The notes: generated from the sequence alone by a model not told the origin. Shown: positions 17,849 through 27,941, counted from the first letter of the stretch. The stretch: 33,893 bases of DNA from a virus (IMGVR_UViG_3300008255_000299:1-33893), one strand, 5' to 3'. Program-made: numbers and translations.

Positions 17849-20418
17849 TGCTTCTTCGTGCCGTTGAGGTCGTAGGTGAACCGGATGCCCGCGGGGTTCT
17901 GCTCCAGGTAGGCCCGCTGGAACTCTTCTTCGGAGGGTGCGCCCCAGTGCGCCCCGGCGCCCGGTCGCGCTGCGGGGACGCCTTTAGGGTAACGGTGCGC
18001 AGTCAGCACGCTAGGCGCACTTTGCCCTTGCCGCCCGGACCAAACCCAGAGCAGGTGCCGATCTTCCGCGGGTGCACCGCTAAAGAGCGAGTCGATCACC
18101 GCGCGGCGGAAGTCGTCGCTGTTGTGCGGGAACGCGGACCCGTAGGCCGCCTTCAGCTGCTTGCCGAACAGCTTCTCGAACGAGGGCCAAAAGCGCATGA
18201 ACGCTTCGTCGTCTCGAGTCACGTTCAGCTTGTCCCCTTCCAAGTAGAGGTAGTTGCTGAGTGCACTCGACCACTGCGAGCGCAGGGTTGCGTAGCCCTT
18301 GCTGCGCTCCTGCTGAGCCGGCCCGACCATCGCTTCCAGCTCCGCCGGCAGTGGCTGCCCTTCGTCCAAGATGGGCGCAGCTTTCCGCCCTTCTTGGCGA
18401 GCGTTGTATTCGTCGAGAGCCAGCTTGCGCATCACGTCGGTGTCCGTGACGTAGCTCGGGGTCATATCCTGCGCCTGCCTTACCAACTGCGGCTTGATGG
18501 TGTTGTCCGCGGTGCCCAATTCGGAGCTGAGCTTGACCCGCTCCCCTTGCGCGTCAAAGACCCCGAATTGCTCCACCCCGTCTTTCGCCCCGATCGAGCG
18601 GACTGAGTGCCCCTTGGGTGCGCCAACGAGGTAGGCCAGAGTCTGGGGGGTGCCTAGTTCAATCAACTGCTGGCGGGCTTGTAGCATCCGGTCCTTGGCT
18701 GCCACACTCGCAACGCTACTCCCCGGGGGGGCCTGCCGCGCGAGGTTGAATTGCGCGGTGCGCCCGTCGCTGAAGTTGAACGACACATTGGCCTTCTCCA
18801 GCTCCTCCGAGGAAAGCCCAAACAGCGGCCGGTCCGGGTCATCGTAGAACATGCCGGTCGCACCTGAAGCGCGGACCTTCAGCACCTCGCGGGTGGCGGT
18901 CATCACGTCTTGATCGGTGGGCTTCTTGCGCCCGGCCACGCGCGCCAGTTTGCCCGCTTCGATGCGCACCTTGGTGCGCAACTGTCGCCGGCTCTGCGCC
19001 AGCTCCGGCCCCATCGCAGCATCCGACGACATGTTGACCCCACCCCAGCGATCGGGGTAGAGGTCCACCAAGTGCTGGTCGATCACGTCATCCAGATCGA
19101 GCAGCGCGTCGGTGTCGGCCGCCTTGTCCGCGTAGGTAGACCGCTTGCCCAGCGACCCCCCAGCTTGCTCGGATGCCTTCATGCGGAGTTGGAGTTCCTC
19201 GCCCATGGTGCGGTCCCACATCGCGCGGAGCCGGCGCCGATCGCTCACGGATAGCTCGTGCGCGTAAGCGTTGATGAGAGACTCGGGGGTCTCGAACGCG
19301 CGCAACTGGGCGCCCGTGATGGTCTCCATGACAACCTCCCCTTGGGGTGTCGTCACGTTCGCCATCGCGTTGCGCGCCTGCTCCAGCATGCCCAAGTCGC
19401 GGAGTTCGGTCTCCAACTTCTCGGGCAGCTCCTCACCGCGCAGCGCGTGCTCAGTGGCTTGGCCCATCGCTTCCGTACGCCGGTATTGCACCTCCGCGCG
19501 GTCCTCGGAGATGAACCCGCGCACTCGTCTGAGCAGTTCATCTTTCACCTCCACGGGCACGTCCATCTCTTGGATGAGCGAACGCTGCTCGAGTAAGTCA
19601 CCGGGGGCGTGCTTCCTCACCCCGGGCACCAGTGCGTCAGCCTGCTGCTTGATGCCAGCGGTGCGGATGCGCTGTTCTAGCTTGGCCTTCTTGACCGGGT
19701 CTTGGATACGTCCGTCGATGGACTCCAAGAAGTTCCCGGCTCGCGCCACGGCGCCGGCATCGAGCAGGCCCTCCACGATCGAGACGCTCACCGTGTCCTC
19801 GGCCTTGTCGGTGGCTGCGGCTACCTGCTCTTCGGAGAAGCCGTTCAGTTCCGCCAGCTGCGTGAGCTTGCGGTGCATGACCATCGACTGCCGAATGTAG
19901 TCGGTGGTGTCCCCCTTCACCCCTGCGTTGACTCGGTCCCGCATTGCTTGGTCGAGCGACGCAGATGCTGCTCCGATTCGGTAGACGCGCAGCTGATCGG
20001 CTCGGCGAGCGTTCATCCGGTTCAGGGTCGCAGTTTGCCTAGTGGATGCGTCCAAGCCAAACGCGCGGCGCTGCTCGCTCGACGTGAGGTTCTTCTCAAG
20101 TTCCGTTCTGCGGGTGGCCAGCTTGTCGCGCATCCGGTCGAAGTTCTGGTGCGCCTGGTCCCCCACCAGCTGGTCGAACTCGGCCTCGGTGTTGGCGAGC
20201 ATCTCCGCGTAGCGGGCGCTGGCTTCCTGGAACTTGGCGTTGTCAAAGTCGCGCTGCATCTCCCGCGTGAGGCGGAAGGTCTGCGCTCCTGTGTTGCCCA
20301 GCGCTTCACCTAGCGCAGCCGCTTGCTGAGACTGCGCCCCCTGCACGGGGGTGACTTCGGTTGCCGAGGCCCGGCCCCCGTTGGAGCCGATCGAGAGAGA
20401 CTGCTGAGGGGTGACCAC
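17845..20418 (-). CDS. Internal virion protein (second ejection protein)
   Basis: 857 aa, helical and Ala/Gln/Arg-rich, with N-terminal AALGEALGNTG. Position equivalent to T7 gp15; coupled to neighbours by overlapping stop/start codons. Confidence 0.75.
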   Translation of the reverse strand: MVTPQQSLSIGSNGGRASATEVTPVQGAQSQQAAALGEALGNTGAQTFRLTREMQRDFDNAKFQEASARYAEMLANTEAEFDQLVGDQAHQNFDRMRDKLATRRTELEKNLTSSEQRRAFGLDASTRQTATLNRMNARRADQLRVYRIGAASASLDQAMRDRVNAGVKGDTTDYIRQSMVMHRKLTQLAELNGFSEEQVAAATDKAEDTVSVSIVEGLLDAGAVARAGNFLESIDGRIQDPVKKAKLEQRIRTAGIKQQADALVPGVRKHAPGDLLEQRSLIQEMDVPVEVKDELLRRVRGFISEDRAEVQYRRTEAMGQATEHALRGEELPEKLETELRDLGMLEQARNAMANVTTPQGEVVMETITGAQLRAFETPESLINAYAHELSVSDRRRLRAMWDRTMGEELQLRMKASEQAGGSLGKRSTYADKAADTDALLDLDDVIDQHLVDLYPDRWGGVNMSSDAAMGPELAQSRRQLRTKVRIEAGKLARVAGRKKPTDQDVMTATREVLKVRASGATGMFYDDPDRPLFGLSSEELEKANVSFNFSDGRTAQFNLARQAPPGSSVASVAAKDRMLQARQQLIELGTPQTLAYLVGAPKGHSVRSIGAKDGVEQFGVFDAQGERVKLSSELGTADNTIKPQLVRQAQDMTPSYVTDTDVMRKLALDEYNARQEGRKAAPILDEGQPLPAELEAMVGPAQQERSKGYATLRSQWSSALSNYLYLEGDKLNVTRDDEAFMRFWPSFEKLFGKQLKAAYGSAFPHNSDDFRRAVIDSLFSGAPAEDRHLLWVWSGRQGQSAPSVLTAHRYPKGVPAARPGAGAHWGAPSEEEFQRAYLEQNPAGIRFTYDLNGTKKQ

Positions 20419-21089
20419 TAGCGGCGCCTCCCTTCAACCCCGAACCGATCGTAGAACATTCCCGACACCCGGCCGGCGTTGCCTACCTCCGTCGCCACGT
20501 AGGCCGATACTGGGGACAAGGAACGCGCGGTCGAGCGCACATTTGCCGCCGAGGTGCGATTGAGTAGCGCGCGGTTGCGTTGGTCCGTGGCGCCGGCTTC
20601 AAGGCTGGCCATCTGCTCGTCGCCGCTGGCTTCGATGGTCATTGCGTCGATCTGGCTCATCAGGTTCAGCGCGGCCTCGTATTCGGCAGCAGATCCGCTA
20701 TCGACCTTCACACCGCGCGCCGCGGCCGAAGCCCGCGCAGTAGCTTGGGCCTCCGCGTAACGCATGCGCGAGACCCCGACTTGTTGGCGAACCGACTGGC
20801 CTAGCCGGGCCGCTTGCTGCTGGATCATGTTCGAGTTGAACTCGGCCACCTGCCCCGCAAAGTCCAAGCTCAGCGCTTGCGCCTTGAGCTGGTCCTGCTG
20901 CTGCTTGACCGCGTAGAAGTTGCCAATCGCTTGAGTCACCGAGCCCCCGATCGACATCGCCAAGCTGAAGCCGCTGAGGGAGTCGATGAAGCCTTGGTAG
21001 TTGCGGTCAGCGTTGTAGATCTGAGTCGCCTGCTTGGCTTGCGCGTAGCTCATGCCCCGCAGCGAGGGCGGGCCTTGGTTGTCTGGCAT
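20418..21089 (-). CDS. Small internal virion protein (T7 gp14-position)
   Basis: ATG at 21089 with GGAGG upstream. Q/A-rich, with the motif A.A.AAARGV.VDSGSA characteristic of this family. Confidence 0.8.
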   Translation of the reverse strand: MPDNQGPPSLRGMSYAQAKQATQIYNADRNYQGFIDSLSGFSLAMSIGGSVTQAIGNFYAVKQQQDQLKAQALSLDFAGQVAEFNSNMIQQQAARLGQSVRQQVGVSRMRYAEAQATARASAAARGVKVDSGSAAEYEAALNLMSQIDAMTIEASGDEQMASLEAGATDQRNRALLNRTSAANVRSTARSLSPVSAYVATEVGNAGRVSGMFYDRFGVEGRRR

Positions 21090-21094
21090 CGGTA

Positions 21095-24000
21095 TCAGCC
21101 TCCAAAAGAAACGTCCAGGGTGACGCTGCACACGGTAGCGGGCAGCGGTCGAGGCTGGTTGAAAGATACTTGCCCGTCACGGGACCAAGTTTGCTCGATC
21201 AGCTCCCGCGCCTCTTCAGAGCGCAAGCTGAAGTCGCCCGGGAACATGTCAGACAGGTGGCTCATGTCAGGGCCCACTTGCAGCCCAGCGGTCTCATAGA
21301 TCCGCGTGTAAGCGTGCGAGATCGCTTTCACTCGGCCGAGCCCCGCAGCTTCCATCTGTGCGGTGACTGGCATCGTGCGCAGCTCGTTGAAGTAGAGGTC
21401 ACCGATGTGCACGGTGCGGCAGGGATACGGGAGGACCACTTTGCCGTCGCTCGCCACGCTGAGAGTGGCGAACCCGATAGTGCCATCCACCGCCTCCAGC
21501 AATGCGGTGACTCTCTCGTGTTGGCTCAGGGCGGTGAGGTTCCGTAACCGGGTCACGGTCACCCCCCAGTTAGAGAATACACCCACAACTGCCGAGCCCA
21601 CGTTGGTCACCCGGCAAGTCACTTGGCTGGCCGTCTCCCGAGAAGTGATCTGCATCCGCAGACCGGTGTCAGGGAAGTAGAGCACCTCCCCCACCATGTT
21701 GAAGTCGAACGACAACCGGGTGGACGCAACCCTCATCTCGCCGCCTACCCGAAGCGACCCTTTCACGGTTAGGCTTGCAGGGTCCGCTCGCAGAGTGTTG
21801 CGCACGTGGCACATGTCGAGGTGCGCCGAACTGATGGGGCTGCTGATGTTCGTGGATTGCAGGCGAGCGAGGAACCACGCCCCTGTCGATCGGTGCTCCA
21901 GGGTCACGTAGAGACGATCCTCCGCGCCTTCCTGGACTGCTGCCACGGAGCGCACGCTGTAGTGACCTAGCTCGTGCTGGTGCCACCCGGACACCTGCTC
22001 CTCCTCCGCGTAGGTGAGGCCCAGCAGGCGACCGGTGTCGGTTGTGTACCATGCCGCCGGCAACCGCGACTTGGTGGTGGCGGAGTCGACTAGGTTCACG
22101 TTGTCGAAGATGTGCGCCGCTCGAGTGGACTGGTTGGCTCCGCCGAAACTGTTCTCCGTGAGTTGGTAGCCCAACCGGTAGACGTGGTTGCCCCCCGACA
22201 CATAGAGCACCGAGTTGTCCATGACGAGCGGAGTCACTCGGTTGGCGCCCACCGTGGTCTGCAGCCGCAGCTTGGCCGAGGTCGGGGTGAGGGCGTCGGT
22301 GTTCTGCGTGGATAGCGACCAGGTCGCGCTGTTCGTCAGGATCAGCAGCTCGGACACTGGCACGATGTGCCGCACGGACTGCCCTTCCTTCGCTGCGATC
22401 TCTAGCGCAATCCGGTCGGTGTCCAGCTGCGCCCGCCGAGTCACTAGCTCACTGTCACGCCCCAACGAGCTGAACCAGAGCCCTTGCGGCTTTGCCGTGT
22501 TGCCGCCGAACACCCCACGCTGATCGTAGAAGCCGACCGCGCCCGGGTAGTCCAATTGCAGCTCACTGTCAATGCTAGGGGCTTGGGTTGCGTAGTCAGG
22601 GTCTACATTCCGGTCGAGGAACGGGGGGGCCCCCGCCTCGGCGACGAACCCGAAAAGCTCCGTGCCGTCGACTTCCTTGTAGATGCGGTAGGCCGCCGCC
22701 CCCGCCGATGGCGTCCAGCCCACCGTGTTGTAAGCCTCCGCATTGCGGAGCAAGTTGAAGGTGCTCGCCGAAGGCGCCGACCGAGCGTATTCACGCCCCC
22801 GCTCGTCTACCGCGGTGATGATGTAACGGGCCAGCGAGTCTGCGGTTGATTCCGCCACGGTCAGCGTCCCGCCCCCGAAGGTGCTCAGGCTGGACGTGGC
22901 GAGCGCACCGGACAGGTCGAACAGCTCTTGGATGGTTCTGCCCCCTGCTGCAACTAGGCCCACGACGTAGAACCCGTCAGCCACCCCCGTCGTGCTCGGC
23001 GTGCCCGAAGCGTAGACCAAGTCCCCCGCGCCCAAACCGGTGTCACCTACCAGCGTGATGGAGCCGAACGTCCCCACTGCGGCACTCTGCACCTGGATCT
23101 GAGCCCCTCTGAACGGCGTCACGGTTGGGGTGCTCAGCGACGCGTCAGCGGCTAGTGGAGTGCGGTAGGACCATTGGCCCAGTTCCGTGAGATACAGCTC
23201 AAGAGTGGGGTGGTTGCGGTGCGCAAACCTGATCTTGCCCGCGGTCTGGGCGTAGGTGACCTCGTTCAGCTCTGCAGCGGTGTAGTTGTTGGGCAGCTCC
23301 AGCCACGGTGCTGGCACCAACTCCCAATCCGCAGCGCTTGGGACGGCTACCCCCCACACTCCTGCCTTGGCCCTGATGAAGCTCCCTGATGGGAACGGGC
23401 CCAGCGCCGAGCGCAAGAAGCACATGAAGCCCGCCGGGTAGTAACGCTCCGCGGACACCGGTGGGGTGAAGGCTGGAGTCCCGGGGGCAGATACCGAGAC
23501 CGTGTAGGAAGTGCTGCCCGCTACAACTACTCGCGAAGCTTCGAACGCAGACGACGACAGGGGGAACCCGAGGGCTGAGCCAGGGTCATCCGCGACCACC
23601 GTGAACTCTTGCCCATAGTAGGGGTCCACATACCCGTTTGGCGACACTACCGGCGGCGCGACCCCGCCCCCCGTGGTGTTCCATCGCCACCGGGTGCCAA
23701 CCGGCCACCCGTGAGGGGTCGCCAGCACGACGCTCGAAGAAGCATGCCCGTAACCAGACGGGCCGCCCCCGGTCCGAGTGGTCACGGAGACGAGCGGGAT
23801 CGAAGGCCGGTAGTCTTCGGGCAGCCCTGCCTCACGCCAAACCGCCAGCGTGCCCGTGTTGAGACTGGTGATGTCCACCGGGTCGTCCGTCAGCCGTTTG
23901 AACTGCAGCCCGTAGGGGCCGGCTGGCCGAGCCTCGTAGATCGTCGTCGAGTTGAGCCCGCCGGGTTCGCCAGTCCCCCCGGTCGAGATCACGCGCAGTT

Positions 24001-24397
24001 CTTCGAGGTCTGTGAAGTTGTGAGGGCGCTGGGTGTATATGACATCGTTCACCACGTCGATGTTCCCCGAGGTGGCTTGGTCCCCCACCACGAACACATC
24101 GTCGAAGCCCCCGTTGACGCTGATGGGCACCCCGTTTCGGAACAGGCGGAACGACCCCGCGGATAGCGCAACCAGGTAGTCGTCACCGTCATCCTTGAAA
24201 GGGATCAGGCGAGCCCGTGAGTCAAGCGGGGCGATGGTCTCAAACCCCGGGCGCAGCTGCGCCGCGCCTGAGGTCTTCGAAATCCAGTTGAAGAGTCGAG
24301 CCGCCCCAAAGCGGAACTGCTGCAGGTCAGGCCTTCCAAGAAGCTCGGGGCTGATCTCGCCCGCGTTGAACGAATTGTGCAGCAGTTTTGTGTTCAT
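21095..24397 (-). CDS. Tail tubular protein B / nozzle
   Basis: SFNAGEISPEL.GR.DL, G....RPG, RLIPF, YAQT...FAH.NHP, YPGAV.FYDQR..F and EEEQV.GWH.H. Enlarged to 1100 aa. Confidence 0.92.
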   Translation of the reverse strand: MNTKLLHNSFNAGEISPELLGRPDLQQFRFGAARLFNWISKTSGAAQLRPGFETIAPLDSRARLIPFKDDGDDYLVALSAGSFRLFRNGVPISVNGGFDDVFVVGDQATSGNIDVVNDVIYTQRPHNFTDLEELRVISTGGTGEPGGLNSTTIYEARPAGPYGLQFKRLTDDPVDITSLNTGTLAVWREAGLPEDYRPSIPLVSVTTRTGGGPSGYGHASSSVVLATPHGWPVGTRWRWNTTGGGVAPPVVSPNGYVDPYYGQEFTVVADDPGSALGFPLSSSAFEASRVVVAGSTSYTVSVSAPGTPAFTPPVSAERYYPAGFMCFLRSALGPFPSGSFIRAKAGVWGVAVPSAADWELVPAPWLELPNNYTAAELNEVTYAQTAGKIRFAHRNHPTLELYLTELGQWSYRTPLAADASLSTPTVTPFRGAQIQVQSAAVGTFGSITLVGDTGLGAGDLVYASGTPSTTGVADGFYVVGLVAAGGRTIQELFDLSGALATSSLSTFGGGTLTVAESTADSLARYIITAVDERGREYARSAPSASTFNLLRNAEAYNTVGWTPSAGAAAYRIYKEVDGTELFGFVAEAGAPPFLDRNVDPDYATQAPSIDSELQLDYPGAVGFYDQRGVFGGNTAKPQGLWFSSLGRDSELVTRRAQLDTDRIALEIAAKEGQSVRHIVPVSELLILTNSATWSLSTQNTDALTPTSAKLRLQTTVGANRVTPLVMDNSVLYVSGGNHVYRLGYQLTENSFGGANQSTRAAHIFDNVNLVDSATTKSRLPAAWYTTDTGRLLGLTYAEEEQVSGWHQHELGHYSVRSVAAVQEGAEDRLYVTLEHRSTGAWFLARLQSTNISSPISSAHLDMCHVRNTLRADPASLTVKGSLRVGGEMRVASTRLSFDFNMVGEVLYFPDTGLRMQITSRETASQVTCRVTNVGSAVVGVFSNWGVTVTRLRNLTALSQHERVTALLEAVDGTIGFATLSVASDGKVVLPYPCRTVHIGDLYFNELRTMPVTAQMEAAGLGRVKAISHAYTRIYETAGLQVGPDMSHLSDMFPGDFSLRSEEARELIEQTWSRDGQVSFNQPRPLPATVCSVTLDVSFGG

Positions 24398-24400
24398 GCT

Positions 24401-27298
24401 CTAGTCCCACGCATAGCTCTGCGCGGATGGGTTGGAGTGACGCAGCCGCTGCGCCGTGTGCTCCTTCGCCAGATCGGTGTAGTAGTTAGCTAGCTGCATT
24501 TGCGCTTGAGCCAAGGCCGCCCCCTTGTCCCCCTGCGCCAGTGCCGGCGCGATCTCTGCGGCTAGCTGGTGCGCGAGGGCGTTGGTGTAGTGCTGCGAAT
24601 AGTCAGCAGGGTCTGGGGACGCTGAGGTGTAGCGCAAAGTCACGGCCGACAAGTTGCAGTAGAGCACGGAGCCTTCGATCGAATGCTCGATCTCGTCGCG
24701 CACAACGGCGCCGGCAGCGTCGGGGCCCAGCCCCACTACGCTCAGGAAGTTGGACGGCAAGCGGTAGGCATATTGCCAATCCAGGTCTGCCCTGGAGTTG
24801 GCCACCTGCACCAGGGTCTGCGTTTTGGTGGCGAACTGCCACGCAAACGATTCCAGCAAGGTGCGCGAAGCCACTGGGTAATACCGCAAGCACAACCGAG
24901 CTGCCGCCGAGTCTTCAGTCAACGATTGGATGGCCTTCGTTTCCCCCACGTTCTTCAACGCTTGGTTGCAGATGTCGATCCGCGTGCGGTCGCTCAGGGA
25001 CGGCGCAATAGTCGCCCAGTCAGCAAAAGCGTGCAGGCCCAAAGTCCACTGGTAGCCCCCGCTGTAGTGGATGCCGTCGTAGCCCACGACCGCGTCGGGA
25101 AGGGCCCGGGTAACAAAGTAAGGATCTTCCTCCGCCAGCTCTGTCAGGATCTCGTTGAATGCCACATTACTGGCGTAACCGTCCATGCCCCAATCCCCAC
25201 CCACCGACGTGGGGAGTTGTGGTTGCCACCACGGGATTGTCTCGGCCGGGCCGTCCCACAGACCTAGCTCGACGATCTTCGCCCGCACCGCGGCCACGAA
25301 TGCCCTGATGTTGTCGGGATACCTCGCGAGCATGGCTGCGTCGGTGGTGTCAGTCTCCCCTTGGGGGAAGAACACGCCCACGATCTTGAGAGTGTGGCCG
25401 AGCGCCGCTGCAGCACGCTTGGCACACTCCAGCTTGGTGACCAGGCGAGCGTAGCAGTTATCCACCTCGCCGCTCGGCGACCAATCGAGCAGCACTTTGG
25501 GGTCAAACCCTCCATGCGCGACTCCAGCCACTGAGTTCCCTGAGACCTCGCGGCGAGCTAGTGCAGTCCCTCCTACGTTCGCGTGCACGAGGTAGAGGGG
25601 GCGCCCGAGCTTCTCGTGCATCGCCAACGCGAGAGACGTGGTGAAGGTCGCTCCGGGCTCTCCTCGCTGCAACCCCACGAAGTTCCCGAAGTAGGGTTGG
25701 TAACTCTCGGGGATCGGACTGGCGTTGTCGAAATTGAACCCGGGGGGCATTGGGTTGCCTCGGTCCGGGTGCTCCAGTTGGAAGACGGTAACAAAGCCCG
25801 CAGCCAAGGTGGCGTCTGCGATGGGGGTGCCGCCATAAGACGTGGCTACTTGGTAGGAGCCTGCCGCATAGTCGACGTTCACCGCGTAGAGAGTCTGGCC
25901 CGCCCCCTGAAATGACCCCGAGGTAGGGGCGGGGGTGATGGCCGTCGACCCCAGATTGTAGTAGTCGTAGATGCCAATGCGCATTCCTTCGAACACCGCG
26001 CCGAGCGTGCTCTGAAAGGTCACCGCGGTCCCGGGCGTGACTGCCGCATAGCTATGCGCGACGGCGACCCCGCCAGTGGACGCCGGCCCTTGCATTCGGC
26101 ACTCAGGCACGAAGTGCTGGAACTCCTGCCAGCCCACGTCTTCGTTGTTGATCTGCTGGGGCTCGATCTCGAAGGTGTCCCCGATCTGGGGGATGAAGGG
26201 CATCACCTCCAGGGTCTTCAAGTGGAAGTGATCGGTAGGGGCCGCAGATACTAGCTCGCAGTCGTCCAGGTCGAACGCTAGCCCTGCCATCGTGCCCGAG
26301 GTCCACCGCACACGCGTTCCCGCCATGGTCGCGTCGAAGGACTGCGGGAGGACCGCTAGCATCTGAGTGCCCGAAGGGGCTGCGCCCGTGCTCAGCACCT
26401 CCGAGCCCCCTCGGTTGGTGGTCACGTAAAACTTGGGGCTGCCCGCCGTGTTGTCTACCCGCGCTACCCAGTAGTCGGTGGTAGTTGCGACCAAATCCCC
26501 TAGCGACCCCGTGGTGGTGAACCGCAGGCGTTGCCCAACTCGCATATGGCGGGTGGGGCAACGCAGCTCGACCGGGGCGCCAATCGGGCTTCCCGGGATT
26601 GTGACGGGGTAGGGCTGCACCACGTGCCCCCCAAGGGTGGCGGTGGTGCCCCCTAGCAAAGCGGCCTCGAGCAGGCTGCCGCCGTCGTGGTAGCCCCCGA
26701 AGCGGACGTTGGTGGGGATGGTTTGGTTGGTCCCAACCGCGTAGCACTGCAGCGGGAGCTTGTAAATCTCCCCCGGCACGTGGGGGGTGGGGTCCGACGA
26801 GAGCAGCGTAATGAGCCCCGGGGACGCACTTGACCAACCGGGGCCGATGATGTGCGAAGTGCCCGTGCCTTCACGCACGACCACCAGACCCGAAGGGGGA
26901 TCCTGAAACGCGCAGGCCAGCTCGACCTTGGCGGTGTCTGAGCCCGGCTGCGAGAAGGAAGCTGCATAGCCGGGGAACGCGGATGTAAAGTGGCTAGTGA
27001 ACGCGCCACTGCCAACGTCCTGCATCTCGAAGTAGGTTGAGACCGGGTTGAACTGCGCGAGGCGCATGACCGCCGTTGTCGCCCGACCCCGCAGCCGGAA
27101 GTTGCGGTAGCGCTCCGGCCACACCCCGGGGAGCGTGTAGGTGTCCTGAGTAAAGGATCTGCTGACGGTTGGAGTCTTGGGCCCCGCGTCAGGCCGGCGA
27201 ACCGAAGTTGCCGGCGCCTGCGCCTCGAACCAGGCCAGCTCGCCAACGAGGTTGCCTTGGGACTGCCCCGCAACCAGGATTCCGTATTGCTCCGCCAT
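24401..27298 (-). CDS. Fusion: split SGNH (SASA-type) O-acetylesterase + beta-rich insert + C-terminal tail tubular protein A (adaptor)
   Basis: ILVAGQSQ (aa 7-14), VGGT (aa 575), QGETD (aa 646), DGIH (aa 741). From aa ~770: IDICNQAL..VGE...I.SLTE.S..A.LC...Y......L....W.FA...WQYAY.LP. Confidence 0.88.
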   Translation of the reverse strand: MAEQYGILVAGQSQGNLVGELAWFEAQAPATSVRRPDAGPKTPTVSRSFTQDTYTLPGVWPERYRNFRLRGRATTAVMRLAQFNPVSTYFEMQDVGSGAFTSHFTSAFPGYAASFSQPGSDTAKVELACAFQDPPSGLVVVREGTGTSHIIGPGWSSASPGLITLLSSDPTPHVPGEIYKLPLQCYAVGTNQTIPTNVRFGGYHDGGSLLEAALLGGTTATLGGHVVQPYPVTIPGSPIGAPVELRCPTRHMRVGQRLRFTTTGSLGDLVATTTDYWVARVDNTAGSPKFYVTTNRGGSEVLSTGAAPSGTQMLAVLPQSFDATMAGTRVRWTSGTMAGLAFDLDDCELVSAAPTDHFHLKTLEVMPFIPQIGDTFEIEPQQINNEDVGWQEFQHFVPECRMQGPASTGGVAVAHSYAAVTPGTAVTFQSTLGAVFEGMRIGIYDYYNLGSTAITPAPTSGSFQGAGQTLYAVNVDYAAGSYQVATSYGGTPIADATLAAGFVTVFQLEHPDRGNPMPPGFNFDNASPIPESYQPYFGNFVGLQRGEPGATFTTSLALAMHEKLGRPLYLVHANVGGTALARREVSGNSVAGVAHGGFDPKVLLDWSPSGEVDNCYARLVTKLECAKRAAAALGHTLKIVGVFFPQGETDTTDAAMLARYPDNIRAFVAAVRAKIVELGLWDGPAETIPWWQPQLPTSVGGDWGMDGYASNVAFNEILTELAEEDPYFVTRALPDAVVGYDGIHYSGGYQWTLGLHAFADWATIAPSLSDRTRIDICNQALKNVGETKAIQSLTEDSAAARLCLRYYPVASRTLLESFAWQFATKTQTLVQVANSRADLDWQYAYRLPSNFLSVVGLGPDAAGAVVRDEIEHSIEGSVLYCNLSAVTLRYTSASPDPADYSQHYTNALAHQLAAEIAPALAQGDKGAALAQAQMQLANYYTDLAKEHTAQRLRHSNPSAQSYAWD

Positions 27299-27341
27299 GA
27301 GTGCAGGGTGAGCCGCACCAGGGGGCGCGGCCGGTTAGGGG

Positions 27342-27929
27342 TTAGCCGATGTCAACGCTGGCCGGGTAGATACCGCCCACATACTTGCTGCCCGGCATGG
27401 GTGCCCCCGGCGACATCGAATCCTTCGTGAGGATCGCGTCAATCGCACCCGAGAAAGTGCCCGTGCCGCTGAACTGGTAGGCCACGCGCATGTAGCGCTT
27501 GCCCAGCGATCGAGACAGCAGAGAGTTCTGCGGGTTGATGGCGCCGCCCTGGGGCGAAGCAATGGGTAGCGTGAAAGTCTGCCCCGCCGCCAACGACACC
27601 GCGAAGCCGACCCCCAATTGATTGACGATCTCGTGGCTGGCGGGTAGGAAGACCGCCGTGGCGTTCCCCGAGCTTGGGGGGCTCACGTCGTCGATGAACA
27701 CCACCGCGCGGAAAGCTGCTGCCACGTTGAACGTGGAGCTGGAGAACCCCGACGCTGCTCTGAAATGCACGTAGAGTTGCTCCCCCGCTGCGATGTCAGG
27801 GCTAGAGACAACCCCTTTGGCGTCCGTGAACTGCCCGAGGTCGATCCAGTTGTCAGACTGGTAGATCCCCGCAGTCACCGCGGAGAAAACTTGCGCGTTC
27901 GAGAACGCGGCTGCTTGGTCGAGGATCAT
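27342..27929 (-). CDS. Bbp16-like capsid cement/decoration protein (copy 2)
   Basis: MILD....FS.AQ.....S.N.IDLG...DI..GE.LYV and RY.RV.Y...GT...G.IDA.L. TAAGGAG RBS. Confidence 0.8.
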   Translation of the reverse strand: MILDQAAAFSNAQVFSAVTAGIYQSDNWIDLGQFTDAKGVVSSPDIAAGEQLYVHFRAASGFSSSTFNVAAAFRAVVFIDDVSPPSSGNATAVFLPASHEIVNQLGVGFAVSLAAGQTFTLPIASPQGGAINPQNSLLSRSLGKRYMRVAYQFSGTGTFSGAIDAILTKDSMSPGAPMPGSKYVGGIYPASVDIG

Positions 27930-27941
27930 GCCGGGGGCTCC

